From positions 13,516,001 to 13,580,000 of the forward strand of contig NC_043013.1 of assembly GCF_006345805.1 (NCBI RefSeq): a stretch of DNA of 64,000 nt, written 5' to 3'. The notes under the pieces are model-generated. The model was not told where the DNA came from. It made no database searches and was given only the letters and a program-made list of their open reading frames with translations. How positions within the stretch are numbered: the first letter of the stretch is position 1; each line of letters opens with the position of its first letter. Positions 10,639-23,259 of the stretch are shown piece by piece. The stretch is from Octopus sinensis (lineage: Eukaryota). The translations under genes and the position numbers were made by a program.

Positions 10639-10802
10639 ATATATTTATATATATTTATATATATATATATATATATTTATATATAGAGGGCATTTTTTTC
10701 TCTTATGAGGTTTTTACGCTATCTACCTGACAATTTCTTGTTAAGTTTTCCTTATTAAGTAGTTGTCTTTAATTGCTATATATATTTATATATATTTATA
10801 TA

Positions 10803-10851
<49 letters not shown>

Positions 10852-10905
10852 ATTTATATATATATTTATATATATTATATATATATATATATATTTATAT
10901 ATATT

Positions 10906-10967
<62 letters not shown>

Positions 10968-11021
10968 TATATATATATATTTATATATATATATATTTAT
11001 ATATTTATATATATACATATA

Positions 11022-11075
<54 letters not shown>

Positions 11076-11105
11076 TATATATTTATATATATATAAATAT
11101 ATATG
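10515..11105. repeat. compound (AT)n microsatellite
   Basis: Direct reading; interrupted by a short unique stretch at ~10685-10775. Confidence 0.95.
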
Positions 11106-11169
11106 TATACGAGTGAGTGGACAAACAAAAGGAGGGCCCTCAATCAATTTATTGAGAGTTACATATATC

Positions 11170-11319
11170 AATCAGAACAGTTTGATTCAAATTCGTTGGT
11201 ACTTTTGAGTTTCAAACGCGATGCTAGTCGTCAGCCATTTTGAATTTGAGTTCAAATTCAAAATGGATAACGACTTGCATCGCGCTTAAATCTCAACGAA
11301 TTTGAATCAAACTGTTTTG

Positions 11320-11322
<3 letters not shown>
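11170..11322. repeat. ~153-bp palindrome (MITE-like hairpin)
   Basis: aatcagaacagtttgattcaaattcgttg...ccattttgaatttga|gt|tcaaattcaaaatgg...caacgaatttgaatcaaactgttttgatt is self-complementary about 11250. Confidence 0.9.
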
Positions 11323-11356
<34 letters not shown>

Positions 11357-11484
11357 TACACACACACACACACACATACATATTGTTCGGGATTATGCGT
11401 TTGTTTTGGGGTTTGTGTATGTATGTGTACGTGTCTATATGCATATATACACGTGTATATTTCCTTAGGTGGATAGAAAAATCA

Positions 11485-11748
11485 TTTGTTTGACCGCACA
11501 TTACAGGTTGACGCTCCACCAACCAGCCTCCCCAATGACGCATCTCAAGCCACGTCTGGTTCCTGGTAGTTTAGTATCCCTAAAATATGATGCACTTAAT
11601 TGCTCCTTATCCATAACCCTGCTGCGCCTTTGTGATCCGATGTAGCTCTTGTCTTGTTCCTCGCCTCTTCTCTAATTTCGTCACAGAATTCTACTGACAT
11701 CCTTTTCTATCAGTCTTTTGATGACTCTAACTCCTTCCTTATACCAAT
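11485..11748 (+). repeat. unclassified dispersed repeat, copy 1 (inverted copy at 62016-62281)
   Basis: acaggttgacgctccaccaaccagcctccccaatgacgcatctcaagccacgtctggttcct...ccttataccaatg matches the reverse complement of 62016-62281. Confidence 0.85.
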
Positions 11749-13760
11749 GGACCTCGTCTCAAACACCTCTTCATGGCTGATTTTAAACTTTTCGCAAACA
11801 GCAGAGTCTGAAAAGGAGGGGCTGGTGTTGAGGCTGTGCAAATGTGCAGCATGGATATAGGGACGGAAGTAGGTATCTCGAAGTTTTCGGTGCTTATTTT
11901 GAAGCGAGGGAAATTGTAGGACTATAGGAGGGCCAAACGGAGAGAGAATGGAAGACCCGGACGATGATGGGTACAAGTAATTTGGGATCCTGGAGCTGGA
12001 CAATATATTGCACAAAAAAAATGAAGAACAAGGTCGTCGCTGCATATTTGATGAAAATAAGAGAAATAATCTGTCAATCCTTAATGAAAGTAATAGACAA
12101 TCAACACTACTAATTAACAAGAAAAATCCTCAATAAATACAACATTGCAGAACAAGGTACCTGAGTTAAAAGAACAGCTGAAGCAAAATATCCTTACCAA
12201 AGCACAAAGAATCCGCCAGTATGAGAAACGCCAACATTTCTCTGAAAAAAAGAAAAAGTTCAACTCTAACCGTAAAAGATTCTACCAAGAACTTGGCAAA
12301 AATAACTTAGAGATCAATGCAGCACCACCAGCAGAAATGGAAGAATTTGGGAAAGAAATATGGTCGTCGATGGAACTACCTCAGAAAATGTCTTTTAAAA
12401 TAACAAAAACAGCACCTGAACAACTCTGGACCCTATAACAACTGAAGAGGTCACCCAGGCACTGACAAACCTAAGCAACTGGAAGGCACCTGGGCACAAG
12501 TTCCTTAAGTCCTGGTTAAAATATCTGCCAAGAAAACATAAAAGGCTGGCTGAGAAATTTAATGAAATACTAGCAAAGCCAGAGACAATGACTGAATGGC
12601 TCACGGAAGGGAAAACTATCCTAATTCCCAAATCCTCTGAAACGGCAAACCCACGAAATTACAAAAAGAATACTTGTCTCTCTGCATCTTACAAAGCCTT
12701 TACTTCAATAATATCACAGCGAATGGGTAAGCGTATCGAAGAAAATAGCCTTTGCTTCCAGAAGAGCAGAAGGGATGCTGCAAGGGCTGTAAAGATCAGC
12801 TACTTATCACTAAAGCCATAACTGAAAACAGTCGCAGAAAGAAGAAGGGTCTAATTATGGCCAGGGTAAGATACAACAAACAAAAACGAAAGAGAAGATA
12901 AGAAAAGAATGCTATAGACGATTTAGATTAATACTGAAAACAGAGCTCAATGCAAAAAACAAGAAAATAAGGTATGAACACTCGCAGTCACAGTTACCGT
13001 GACAATGAACTAATCAAAATAGACTGGAAAAGAAGAAAAATAGTGACAGAATTTAGGATGCATCACCCAAAATCTGGCATTAAAATGTTTTGTATACAAC
13101 GTATGGAAGGTGGTAGATGCCTTTTACAGCTAGAAAACCTTTACAAAATAACCACCTTGGACTACAGAAATACCTACTTCAGACGCAAGGAAAACTATTA
13201 CAAATAGCCACAAAAAACAATCAAACCCAAAAAGAGTCGTAGTATCTAACAGGTATGAGGAAAAAGAAGAAAAAACAAACGATGTAAAATAACTGAAATC
13301 CAAACTAAAACTGGAACAGCAACGGATCATGATAACATGATGGGCAAGGAAAGCCCCTTCATGGCAAATATTGGATTAAACTAAACGCAAAATAGACAAA
13401 GCAAAATCCCAACAATGGTTGAGAAGCTCAGGACTCAGAGTAGAGACTAAAGGATTTTTATTTTCAACACAAGACCAAATCTTCCTCAATACACACAGGT
13501 AGAGAAATTAAGGCTATCAGGTCGGGTAAAGTTGCTAGAGATCATCAATAAAAAAAATGCTTTCTACTTGATATATCAATACCAACAGATGACAAAGTTT
13601 TTCTAAAATAAATAGAGAAACTATCAAAATGCAAGAATCTGGAAGTAGAGGTAACACGAATGTGGAATCTAAAAACAGAAACAAATAATTCCTATCACAG
13701 TAGGTATGATGAAAAGTATTCAGAAAAATGCATAAGAAAAGTACTAGGAGTTACAAGTAA
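11745..13760 (+). mobile_element. R4/Dong-like (RLE-type) LINE fragments, rearranged and degraded
   Basis: GPRLKHLFMADFKLFA (RT motif), GYK*FGILELD, KAQRIRQYEKRQ, NWKAPG, WLTEGKTILIPK, PEEQKGC, HGKYW, WLRSSGL. Confidence 0.8.
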
Positions 13761-13912
13761 ATATAAACATAGAAAATAGCACAAATATGAAAATAAGAGG
13801 ATCACAACAAACCGCAGCACATACCCAAGGTGCTCAGAGCTATGCTCGGTAGTGCAGTGACAACATGAGATAAAAATAAGCGGTTGAGCAGGGACTCTAC
13901 CTGTGCTTATTT

Positions 13913-14360
13913 TCAATGAGTCATTACTGAGAGCATGAGGCCTTCGGGCCATTTGACATTGGCGAAGTTGAAATCACGCATAAGAAATATGTTCACGTGG
14001 TGTTCCAGTTGCATGAGGATTTCATTAATTCTTGTGAGGCGATCTTCACATTTGCCTATGTGGTTTGGAGCCTCCGGTGGGCAATATGTATTGCATATGA
14101 CTGTATTGTGTTGCTTTATGTATACAACTAGAATGGCACATACTGAATTTGAATATGACAGTAAGACCTTGGGTTTGAGGTCATTACGGATGTATACAGA
14201 AACTCTATGGTTCCTTTCCCTTCTGTCTGTTCGCAGTATGATATATTTTGGTACGTGTACTTCTGCATCCTCTATTTCAGGGGTGAGGTGAGTTTCCACG
14301 AGTGCTATGCTTAGGGCTTGATTGCATGCAGCAAGGTCTCTCTCTCTCTCTCTCTCTCTC

Positions 14361-14394
<34 letters not shown>

Positions 14395-14764
14395 GAGGGA
14401 GAGGGAGAGAGAGAGCTTGCTGCATGCAATCAAACCCTAAGCATAGCACTCGTGGAAACTCATCTCAGCCCTAAAATAGAGGATGCAGAAGTACACGTAC
14501 CAAAATATATCATACTGCGAACAGACAGAAGGGAAAGGAACCATAGAGTTTCTGTATACATCCGTAATGACCTCAAACCCAAGGTCTTACTGTCATATTC
14601 AAATTCAGTATGTGCTACTCTAACTGTATACATAAAGCAACACAATACAGTCATATGTAATACATATTGCCCACCGGAGGCTCCAAACCACATAGGCAAG
14701 TGTGAAGATTGCCTCACAAGAAATAATGAAATCCTCATGCAACTGGAACACCACGTGAACATAT
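13913..14764. mobile_element. palindromic pair of APE endonuclease fragments (same LINE family as 6509-7696)
   Basis: The minus arm (13913-14335) and plus arm (14415-14764) both encode ALVETHL.P.IEDAEVHVPKYIILRTDRRERNH...LLSYSNSVC; the centre is a (CT)n-(AT)n-(AG)n self-complementary microsatellite. Confidence 0.92.
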
Positions 14765-14920
14765 ATATATATATATATATATACATTTTAAATCGAATTT
14801 ATAACTATGTATTCCTATGTAAAACAAAGTTGATTGCCGAATTTGAGATATTTTTAAATTCTTATCTTTTGTCTTGGGTTCGACCCGAATACTTCTTAAG
14901 CAGTTCTATATATTTTGTAA

Positions 14921-14922
14921 GA

Positions 14923-14983
<61 letters not shown>

Positions 14984-15078
14984 TATATATATATGTATAT
15001 ATATGTATGTATATATATATATGTATGTATATATATATGTATGTATATATATGTATATATATATGTATGTATGTATGC

Positions 15079-15113
<35 letters not shown>

Positions 15114-15230
15114 ATATGATATGTATGTATGTATATATATATATATATGTATGTAATATATATGTATGTATATATATATGTATATATATATATATGTATG
15201 TATATATATATATGTATATATATATGTATG

Positions 15231-15263
<33 letters not shown>

Positions 15264-15405
15264 GTATGTATATATATATATATGTATGTATATATATATA
15301 TATGTATGTATAATATATATATGTATGTATATATATATGTATCTAAATATATATATATATATATATAATATATATATGTATATATATATATATATATATG
15401 TATAT
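14921..15405. repeat. (AAT)n followed by (AT)n/(TATG)n microsatellite
   Basis: Direct reading. Confidence 0.95.
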
Positions 15406-15550
15406 TGAAATGGATAAATGAATATCTTGTTACGGATTATTCAAAATTGTACCGATACCTGGGTAGCAAAAATCACAACAGAAAAATCACGGTTGAGGTT
15501 ACGACCATGGGGTATCGCAACCGTGCCTTAGTGCGGATAATTGAAGTTTT

Positions 15551-15996
15551 ATATATTTAGTGAGGGAAGAAATGGAGCTGAACGAAGATTTTACAAAATT
15601 CCTTTTTATTATTTTCTACACATGTTTCAAAGGCTGAAAATTCCCTAATACGGATTTAATAAGGGGACCATTTTGCAGCTTTCTCTTCAGGAAAATCCAG
15701 GAATTTAAATCTCCAAACAAATGCGCAGCAAGCTTTTCTAAGAAACTCTCCCTAGGAGCCCATGGTATGAATGCATTCATTACCATGGGCTCCTAGGGAG
15801 CGTTTCTTCGAAAAGCTTGCTGCGCATTTGTTTGGAGATTTAAATTCCTGGATTTCCTGAAGAGAAAGCTGCAAAATGGTCCCCTTATTAAATCCGTATT
15901 AGGGAATTTGCAGCCTTTGAAACATGTGTAGAAAATAATAAAAAGGAAATTTGTAAAATCTTCGTTCAGCTCCATTTCTTCCCTCACTAAATATAT
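15551..15996. repeat. 446-bp near-perfect spacerless palindrome
   Basis: Centre atgcat at 15771-15776; arms atatatttagtgaggg...cctaggagcccatggta and taccatgggctcctagg...ccctcactaaatatat differ at about six positions. Confidence 0.97.
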
Positions 15997-16043
15997 ATAT
16001 TGTATGTATATATTATATAATATGTAGTATATATATATTATAT

Positions 16044-16118
<75 letters not shown>

Positions 16119-16139
16119 GTATAAGGGTGAAAAGGAACA

Positions 16140-17170
16140 CACGAGTTGATATATATGAAAAAACAAGTCAAAAATAGAAAATGCTAAAATAATTTTATAG
16201 TGAACATTTCAGTACCGGTTTCGGTCATTTTGAGACCTGATTAAATAATTAAATTTAGAAAAATTAGAAGAAAAGTTTTTTTAAAAGAATATTCTATAGT
16301 AGTGTTCAGATTTAAGTGGCATTCTGCCTTTCTCTGACTCCCTTGTTTGCACTTGTGTATTGGAGGTTGTTGTGAGTTCTTGGTAGTAGTAGAGGAAGAA
16401 GGCTGGTGAGGAAAGGGGGTGGGAGAATCTGGGAGTGCCCTGATGGTCGTATTTTGAATGGTCAGTGGCGGCTGGCAGTCTCAGTTCAATTCAGGAGAAT
16501 ATTTATATTGACAGGCTTGTTTATAGAATTAGCGTAGGTGTTATCCTAAAAAGCATAGTGACAAAGTTAAGGGGTAGGGGGTGGAGAAGTAGAAGAAGAG
16601 AAGAAGAGACGATGTTTGATGTTATGATGATGAAGAAGAAGAAGAAGAAAGGAAGAAGAAGAAGGAGAAGGAGAGATGACGATGATGGTGATGGTGGTGA
16701 TGATTATGACGACGATGATGATGATAATGATGAAGATGAAGAAGAAGAGAAGAAGAAGGAGAAGGAGAAGATGGTGGTGATGATGGTGGTGATGATGATG
16801 ACGACGATGATGATGATAATGATGATGATGAAGAAGAAGAGGAAGAAGAAGGAGAAAAAAAACAGAGAAGGGAGAATATAAAAGGTGTAAGTTTAGCTAT
16901 GATGGGGCTCATTAGTAATGGATTCTATGAGTGTAATATTTGTGTGTGTATATATTTTTTTATTCTTTGTTGTATTATAATAATTGTTTGTCGTCGACCC
17001 GTTAAGAAGTGGCTTGTATTTGTAATAAGAGATTTTCTTTACTTATTCGTTGTCTCGAGGTTGTATCGTCCCTAAATTGGTAGAGGGGGAAAATTCTGAA
17101 GTTTGGTTGTTTTTTGTTGGCGCAAGTATCTATGGGTTGGCTAAAAGCTATTTTCTGTTTTTGGGAATTT
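16140..17170 (-). mobile_element. Penelope-like element 3' remnant, with GAA/GAT trinucleotide tract at ~16600-16860
   Basis: The reverse strand near 16990-17170 gives DTCANKKQPNFRIFPLYQF...KE...YYKYKPLLN, resembling the GIY-YIG C-terminus. ggtctcaaaatgaccgaaaccggt near 16210-16240 resembles a Penelope terminal-repeat motif. Confidence 0.55.
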
Positions 17171-17171
17171 T

Positions 17172-17205
<34 letters not shown>

Positions 17206-17995
17206 ATATATATATATAATTTATATATATATATATATATATAGATATATATATATATATATATGAATTTTTATATATATATATATATGTATGTATATAT
17301 ATATATTTATGTATATATATATATATATGTATGTATATATGTAATGTATGTATGTATATATGTATGTATGTATGTATATATGTATGTATATATGTATGTA
17401 CGTATATATGTATGTATGTATATATGTATGTATGTATATATATGTATGTATGTATATATGTATGTATGTATATATATATGTATGTATGTATATATGTATG
17501 TATGTATATATGTATGTATGTATATATGTATGTATATATATACATATGTATGTATATATATTTATATGTATGTATATATATATATATGTATATATATATG
17601 TATGTATGTATATATATGTTGTATGTATATATATGTATGTATGTATATATATGTATGTAATTATATATCTATTATGTCTGTATGTATATATATATTGTAT
17701 GTATGTATGTATATATATATGTATGTATATATAATATATACACCACCACACACATTATTATATCTAACACATATATATATATACACATATATATATACAC
17801 CCATATATCTATATATATATATATATACACTATATATATATACCACACACATATAATATAATATAATACATATATACATATGGTGCTATTAGTTAGACAT
17901 GGCCTGGGCCAATAATGGGCCGAAACCTATCAAAGTATCAAAGTAAAGTATATATATATCTATAGATATACACCATATATATATATTATATAATA

Positions 17996-18030
<35 letters not shown>

Positions 18031-18048
18031 CACATATATATATATACA

Positions 18049-18087
<39 letters not shown>

Positions 18088-18287
18088 CATATTATATATA
18101 TATACCCAAATATATATACACATATATATATATATAGATACACTATATATATATATACACACACACACATATATATATACACCCTATATATATGATACAC
18201 ACATATATATATATATACATAATATATATATACACATATATATATATATAACATATATATATATACACATATATATAATATATACAC

Positions 18288-18324
<37 letters not shown>

Positions 18325-18390
18325 ATATGTGTGTATATTATATATTATATATGTAATAATATATATGTGTGTATATATATATATGTTGTA

Positions 18391-18425
<35 letters not shown>

Positions 18426-18548
18426 TATATATATTATATGTGTTTGTTTGTTGTGTATATATATATACATCATACATATATATATACATACATACATATA
18501 TATATACATACATACATACATATATATATACATACATACATATATATA
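17171..18548. repeat. large compound (AT)n/(TATG)n/(TACA)n microsatellite field
   Basis: Direct reading; source of many spurious YI/CMY ORFs. Confidence 0.95.
17881..17950 (+). mobile_element. very short LINE 3'-end fragment
   Basis: tggtgctattagttagacatggcctgggccaataatgggccgaaac matches the 3' end of the LINE at ~51935-51985. Confidence 0.75.
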
Positions 18549-18549
18549 G

Positions 18550-19850
18550 AAAAGAGGGAGTAATATGCCCTATCCATAAGGGAGGTAGCAGAGCAGATGC
18601 TAAAAATTATAGGCCTATCTCTGACCTCACACATCAGCAAAGTCATGGAACGAATAGTCCGTAAGAAACTAATCATGTTCCTTGAAGAAAATGACTTGCT
18701 GTCTGACACCCAGTATGGATTTCGACCAGGTAGAGGCTGCCTAACACAGCTCCTGCAACACTATGACTGGGTGTTGAAACAGCTACTAAATGGCTCAAAT
18801 GTGGATGTAATATATCTCGACTTTGCAAAAACCTTTGATAAAGTCGACCATGGTATGATCTGTCACAAACTGCGTGGTCTCGGCATAGGCGGGAAACTTG
18901 GAGAGTGGCTGCACAACTTCCTAAAGACAGAAAACAGGCATTGTGAGCAATGGAGCCACCTCCAAGGAAACGCAAATAACAAGCGGTGTCCCACAGGGCA
19001 CTGTTAGAGGTGTCCAAAGGGCACTGTTCTTGGGGCACTGATGTTCATAGTGGGCCCTTTCAGACATGCCTTCAATTTGCTACATGCCACCCTTGCTAGC
19101 TATGCAGATGAACAAAAGATCTCCACGCAATACAAAACCTGAAAATATGCGCATCTGCCCGCATGAGCTGGGACACAATATTCAGGTGGGCTGAGGACAA
19201 CAACATGCAGTTTAATGCCGGTAAGTTCCAGGCCTGCGCTACTGGCACACAAAGGTAAATGACGTGAAGAAAGATGGATACACTGGCCCAGGAAGAAAGT
19301 GCAATCCCTGAGTCAAAATCAGTGCGTGACCTGGGCATGACATGAGCAGTGATGCATCTTTCCAATGCATATTGCTAATCTGGTGATAAAATGCAGACGG
19401 CTAGCTGGATGGATTCTCCGAACTTTCAGACAAGAGAGAAGGAGAACTGATGGTCCTATGGAAAAATTCGTCCTCAGCCGCTTGGACTACTGCCCTCCCA
19501 ATTTGGTCACCACACAATATAAAACAAACAGCAGAACTCGAAGCAATTCAGAGAAGCTACACTAAGAAAATCGTCTCAATGCAAAATATCAGCTACTGGG
19601 GAAAGACTGAAGGTATTAAACCTATTCTCCCTAGAGCGGAGGCGGGAGAGATATCGTGATTACATCTGGAAATCCTGAGGGTCTTGTCCCAAACTTTGGC
19701 ATTCAAAGTTACTCCAACCGCAGAACGGGGCGTCACTGCGTTGCCAAGGATTCCAACATCACCATCAAAAACAGGTCCAGATACTGCAACAGCTTGGGTT
19801 TCAGGGACCACAGCTCTTTAACATCCTCCTAAATGCCTGAGAGACTTACA
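18550..19850 (+). mobile_element. degraded LINE RT fragment (same family as 5394-9866)
   Basis: [86 protein letters not shown]; multiple frameshifts. Confidence 0.9.
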
Positions 19851-19854
19851 TTTC

Positions 19855-21345
19855 GTGGTTGTTTCCGTTTAATTTGAAACTTCGCCTTTGTTTTGTGCAC
19901 AAATCTAATTCATCAGAAAAAAACTTCAGGAAAATCTTTTAAATTTTATTTTCATCCGTCCGACCTTATTTTGTACTGGCAAAAAGCAATTCATATTTTT
20001 ACAGAACAACAATTTATGGAGAGATCCCATAAGTTAATAATTCCATCCAGTCTGTTCGGAATATATTTGCCGTATCATTCAACACAAAAAACTTTGGCTT
20101 TTAAAGTTTTTTCACACGAAATTACTCACTTAACATTTCGCCCTTAAAATGTAATTTTTTCCTGAAACATCATGGTGCATTTTCGTTCGACTTTCTTTAA
20201 ACTTAGTCCCCCCCGATTTTTTCCCATGTACTTCTCAAGCTGCGTAACTTATAGAGTATATCACTTTCCATATCTGATGTAGTTTGGTATAAACATCATT
20301 AATTTTTATGAATACAAATGTTTCTTATTGATCTATTGACAATAAAGATTTTTTTCCGAATTTTTTTTCTTTCGAGCTTTTTTTTTTTCTGCTACTCTCT
20401 ATTGTGAGCTTTTTATGCCCATTTTTTTACTTCCTCTTAAAACGTTTTTTTTTTTTAAACGGGCAGTTATTTTTAAAATGCAGACCACCCACTCATAACA
20501 TGATTTAGTCTTTACATATTTTCTTTTTTACTATCGTCACAGGTCGACACGCCTGATTATGAGAGCAATCTTTTCTTTAATTTTACCTGTGTTATATCTT
20601 AAATTCATAACCCTTTGATGCTTCTGCCACTACCTGGAGAATTAATTTTTTGGTCCTGTTTCTCTTTCGTTAATATCTGGGAACGTATTCTGCATCTTTG
20701 CTTGCAGTTAGTCTTTGAACAAAAATTAGACATTTGAACATGTCCAAAGTTATTCCTTTAATTTGAATTTTTACAATCTGTTAACAATCCCAGCTAGGTG
20801 ACGAAGGCTTCATTTTTTTTTTTTATCAAATTTAAACACTGCCAGCGATGGAACACAGGGAATTTGTTTCATGATAAGTTTCGATAAATATTGTTTCATC
20901 GAAACAAATCTCACTTGGTTTCTTGGGCATATATAGTTACTATAATTTTCATGTTTGGTAGGCAATAACTTTCTTAAAAGTAGTCGTACTTTTTTTCTCG
21001 TCAGAACAACTTTTACATTCTTCTTTGAAACTTTCTACGTATCTTCAAAAACATGCAGAGAACGTAGTTCCTTTTTTCTGGATTATAACTGAACTCTCCA
21101 ATGGCGTTTGCTACACTGTCTGGCGAGTATAAACCTGAAGTATTTTCAGACTGCTTCCATATTAACTCCAGCAAATGCTGGTTTTGTTGTTGCTGTTGTA
21201 ATCGCTGTTGCAGCTGTTGTTGCTGGTGCAACTGCACCACCCAGGTCAATAAGTCCTCCATGTTAACGATTTTTTTCTCTGGTTCCATACCAAAACATTT
21301 TAACCCAAGCTTCGAATATCTCGTCACCACTTTTAAATCCTGGTG
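19855..21345 (-). mobile_element. Ty3/Gypsy gag-protease remnant (copy A)
   Basis: MEDLL...QQQQ...SPDSVANAIGEFSYNPE, FKCL.FVQRL, zinc-knuckle remnant and protease region; truncated at ~19855 by the LINE fragment. Confidence 0.85.
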
Positions 21346-22785
21346 CTGGATAAAGAAAATTTAACGAATTTGTGTAGAGGGGAGAAAGTATTTACGTGAC
21401 ACACTACTATTACTGCTGCATGAGGCTAATTCCCCTCTATAAACTGCTCACAGTCAATTGCTGCTGTCAACTCGACAGTTGTTGATTTTAAAGAAATATG
21501 TCAGTGCACTTTTAGTCACTTGAGGTGGTCAGAATCCTTCCATATCACTTATATTCCCCATTCTCAGTTAAAAGATAAAGAGTGAATCATTCGATTCTAG
21601 ACTCATCATGACAAATTCACTTTACTAATCTGGAATTTTCTCATTTATTCAATTTGCAGATTCTCAAACAACCCTGCCGTAGATGGTTTTACACCGCAAA
21701 GTAAAGTAAGTCTTTTTAAATTTAAAAACTTTCTTTCTTTTGTTTTTTTTGCCTGAATTGTGATGAATGTTTGTTGAAATTTTCATCAATGGATATGTAT
21801 AAAAAGAATACTGTATATCCTTTTTATGAATATTTTTATATATTTTCTCACATTGGTGCAATTTTTTATACTGGAGGGCCCAAACTTTTTTCCCAATAAG
21901 TAGAGTTGTCTACTTTATCTCTTACTGGTAGTTTCAGAAACTATATTCCATATATTTAGAGAAGCCTTTTATTTTTTTGTATTATTATGGCCAGTGTAGT
22001 AGTCTTCATTTTAGTATGGTGGGACACTAGAAAGGTCATCATGTAGCTCGAACGACTATGCATCCCGAGGTAGGGCCAATTTTATGCAGAATTAGGAGTA
22101 GAAAGCAGTAAAGTATGAGCGAAAGGGTTTGAGCAGAACAAGTTCGTTGTTACACAGGAGAGAGATGAACGAGTGGAGAAGGAAAATGATGGACGATAGG
22201 GGTTACGAGGTGCCAAAAAGGACATTGAAGCTAAAAGATTGGTAGAAAAATGCGTGGGGGCAGGAGATATCTTATAATACAGAACAACAGGAAAAACAAA
22301 GATGGCACAGTAAAAAAGACAAGAGAGATGACATGCTGTTGAGTAGACTGAGGAATGAGCGGTGAAGAGAAAGGAGAGGATGACAGGTGTAGTGGTGGCG
22401 GCGGCGGCGAGATAATTTAATGGCATAGTGGGGTGGATGGGAGTGATGAATGAAAGTGTTGGTGGAAAGAACAATATTAAATGATGAAGGATGGATAAAT
22501 AGTGAATTTATTCTGGATAGAAAGAAAAGTGGTGTCAAGTAAGAACTGGTGTTAGGGAGTTGATGGATATGGTGGATGCCTTGAAGAGAATTGAAGTTGG
22601 GTGAAGGGCCGAGTTAAACATAAATATACATACACAACTTTACAAGAGCACCACTGAAGTGGTATGTCTTTTGGAGAACTGCATATCACAAGTGATACTG
22701 GTTCTCTATAATTTCTTCCATGGTGTCCAAGCTTTTAATCACATCTCTGAAGTTCAAGATCCTGAGATAAGCCTTACGCACACTC

Positions 22786-22828
<43 letters not shown>

Positions 22829-22837
22829 AGCTATTAA

Positions 22838-23159
22838 CACTGGTCGTTATCTTTTGAAAAGTCGTGTGCTTCTTAAATAAGATTAGTTAATTCTTATGTA
22901 TTTTCATGTCCTGAATCCAAATATCACCTTGAAAAATGCTTATTAGCTATAGGTTGAAAGACACACGACATATAATATTTGATTATTTTATTATAACGTA
23001 CAGTTTTTGTCATTATGTTTAATGCTCTAGTCCGTATCTACTCCCTGCCTTTTTGCTTGACGCTTATAGAGGGCTGAAGAATAATGTCCAGCAAGCATCG
23101 TTTTGCTCCATTTGCCCTGGTACCGCTGTGTCCATAGTTGAAATATCTTGGTAAAACCG
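22838..23159 (-). mobile_element. Chapaev-like DNA transposon 3' end (copy A, runs into gap)
   Basis: Reverse complement of 47038-47358, terminus cactggtcg. Confidence 0.7.
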
Positions 23160-23259
23160 NNNNNNNNNNNNNNNNNNNNNNNNNNNNNNNNNNNNNNNNN
23201 NNNNNNNNNNNNNNNNNNNNNNNNNNNNNNNNNNNNNNNNNNNNNNNNNNNNNNNNNNN
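23160..23259. other. assembly gap (100 N)
   Basis: Run of exactly 100 n. Confidence 1.

Larger units (their letters stand above)
19855..23159 (-). repeat. inverted segmental duplicate (copy A) of 47038-52895
   Basis: Reverse-complement colinear match through the Gypsy gag/protease region, non-coding flank, (CA)n and Chapaev-like 3' end. ORFs 21013-21330 and 48896-49213 give identical peptides. Confidence 0.95.

Noticed and set aside
16465-16912. Poly-D/E/K or poly-S/H ORFs as a host protein
   Set aside because: They arise from a GAA/GAT trinucleotide tract; there is no domain or splice support.
10763-18664. Many YI/CMY/HT-rich ORFs in the track
   Set aside because: These are translations of (AT)n, (TATG)n and (TACA)n microsatellites, which lack stop codons.
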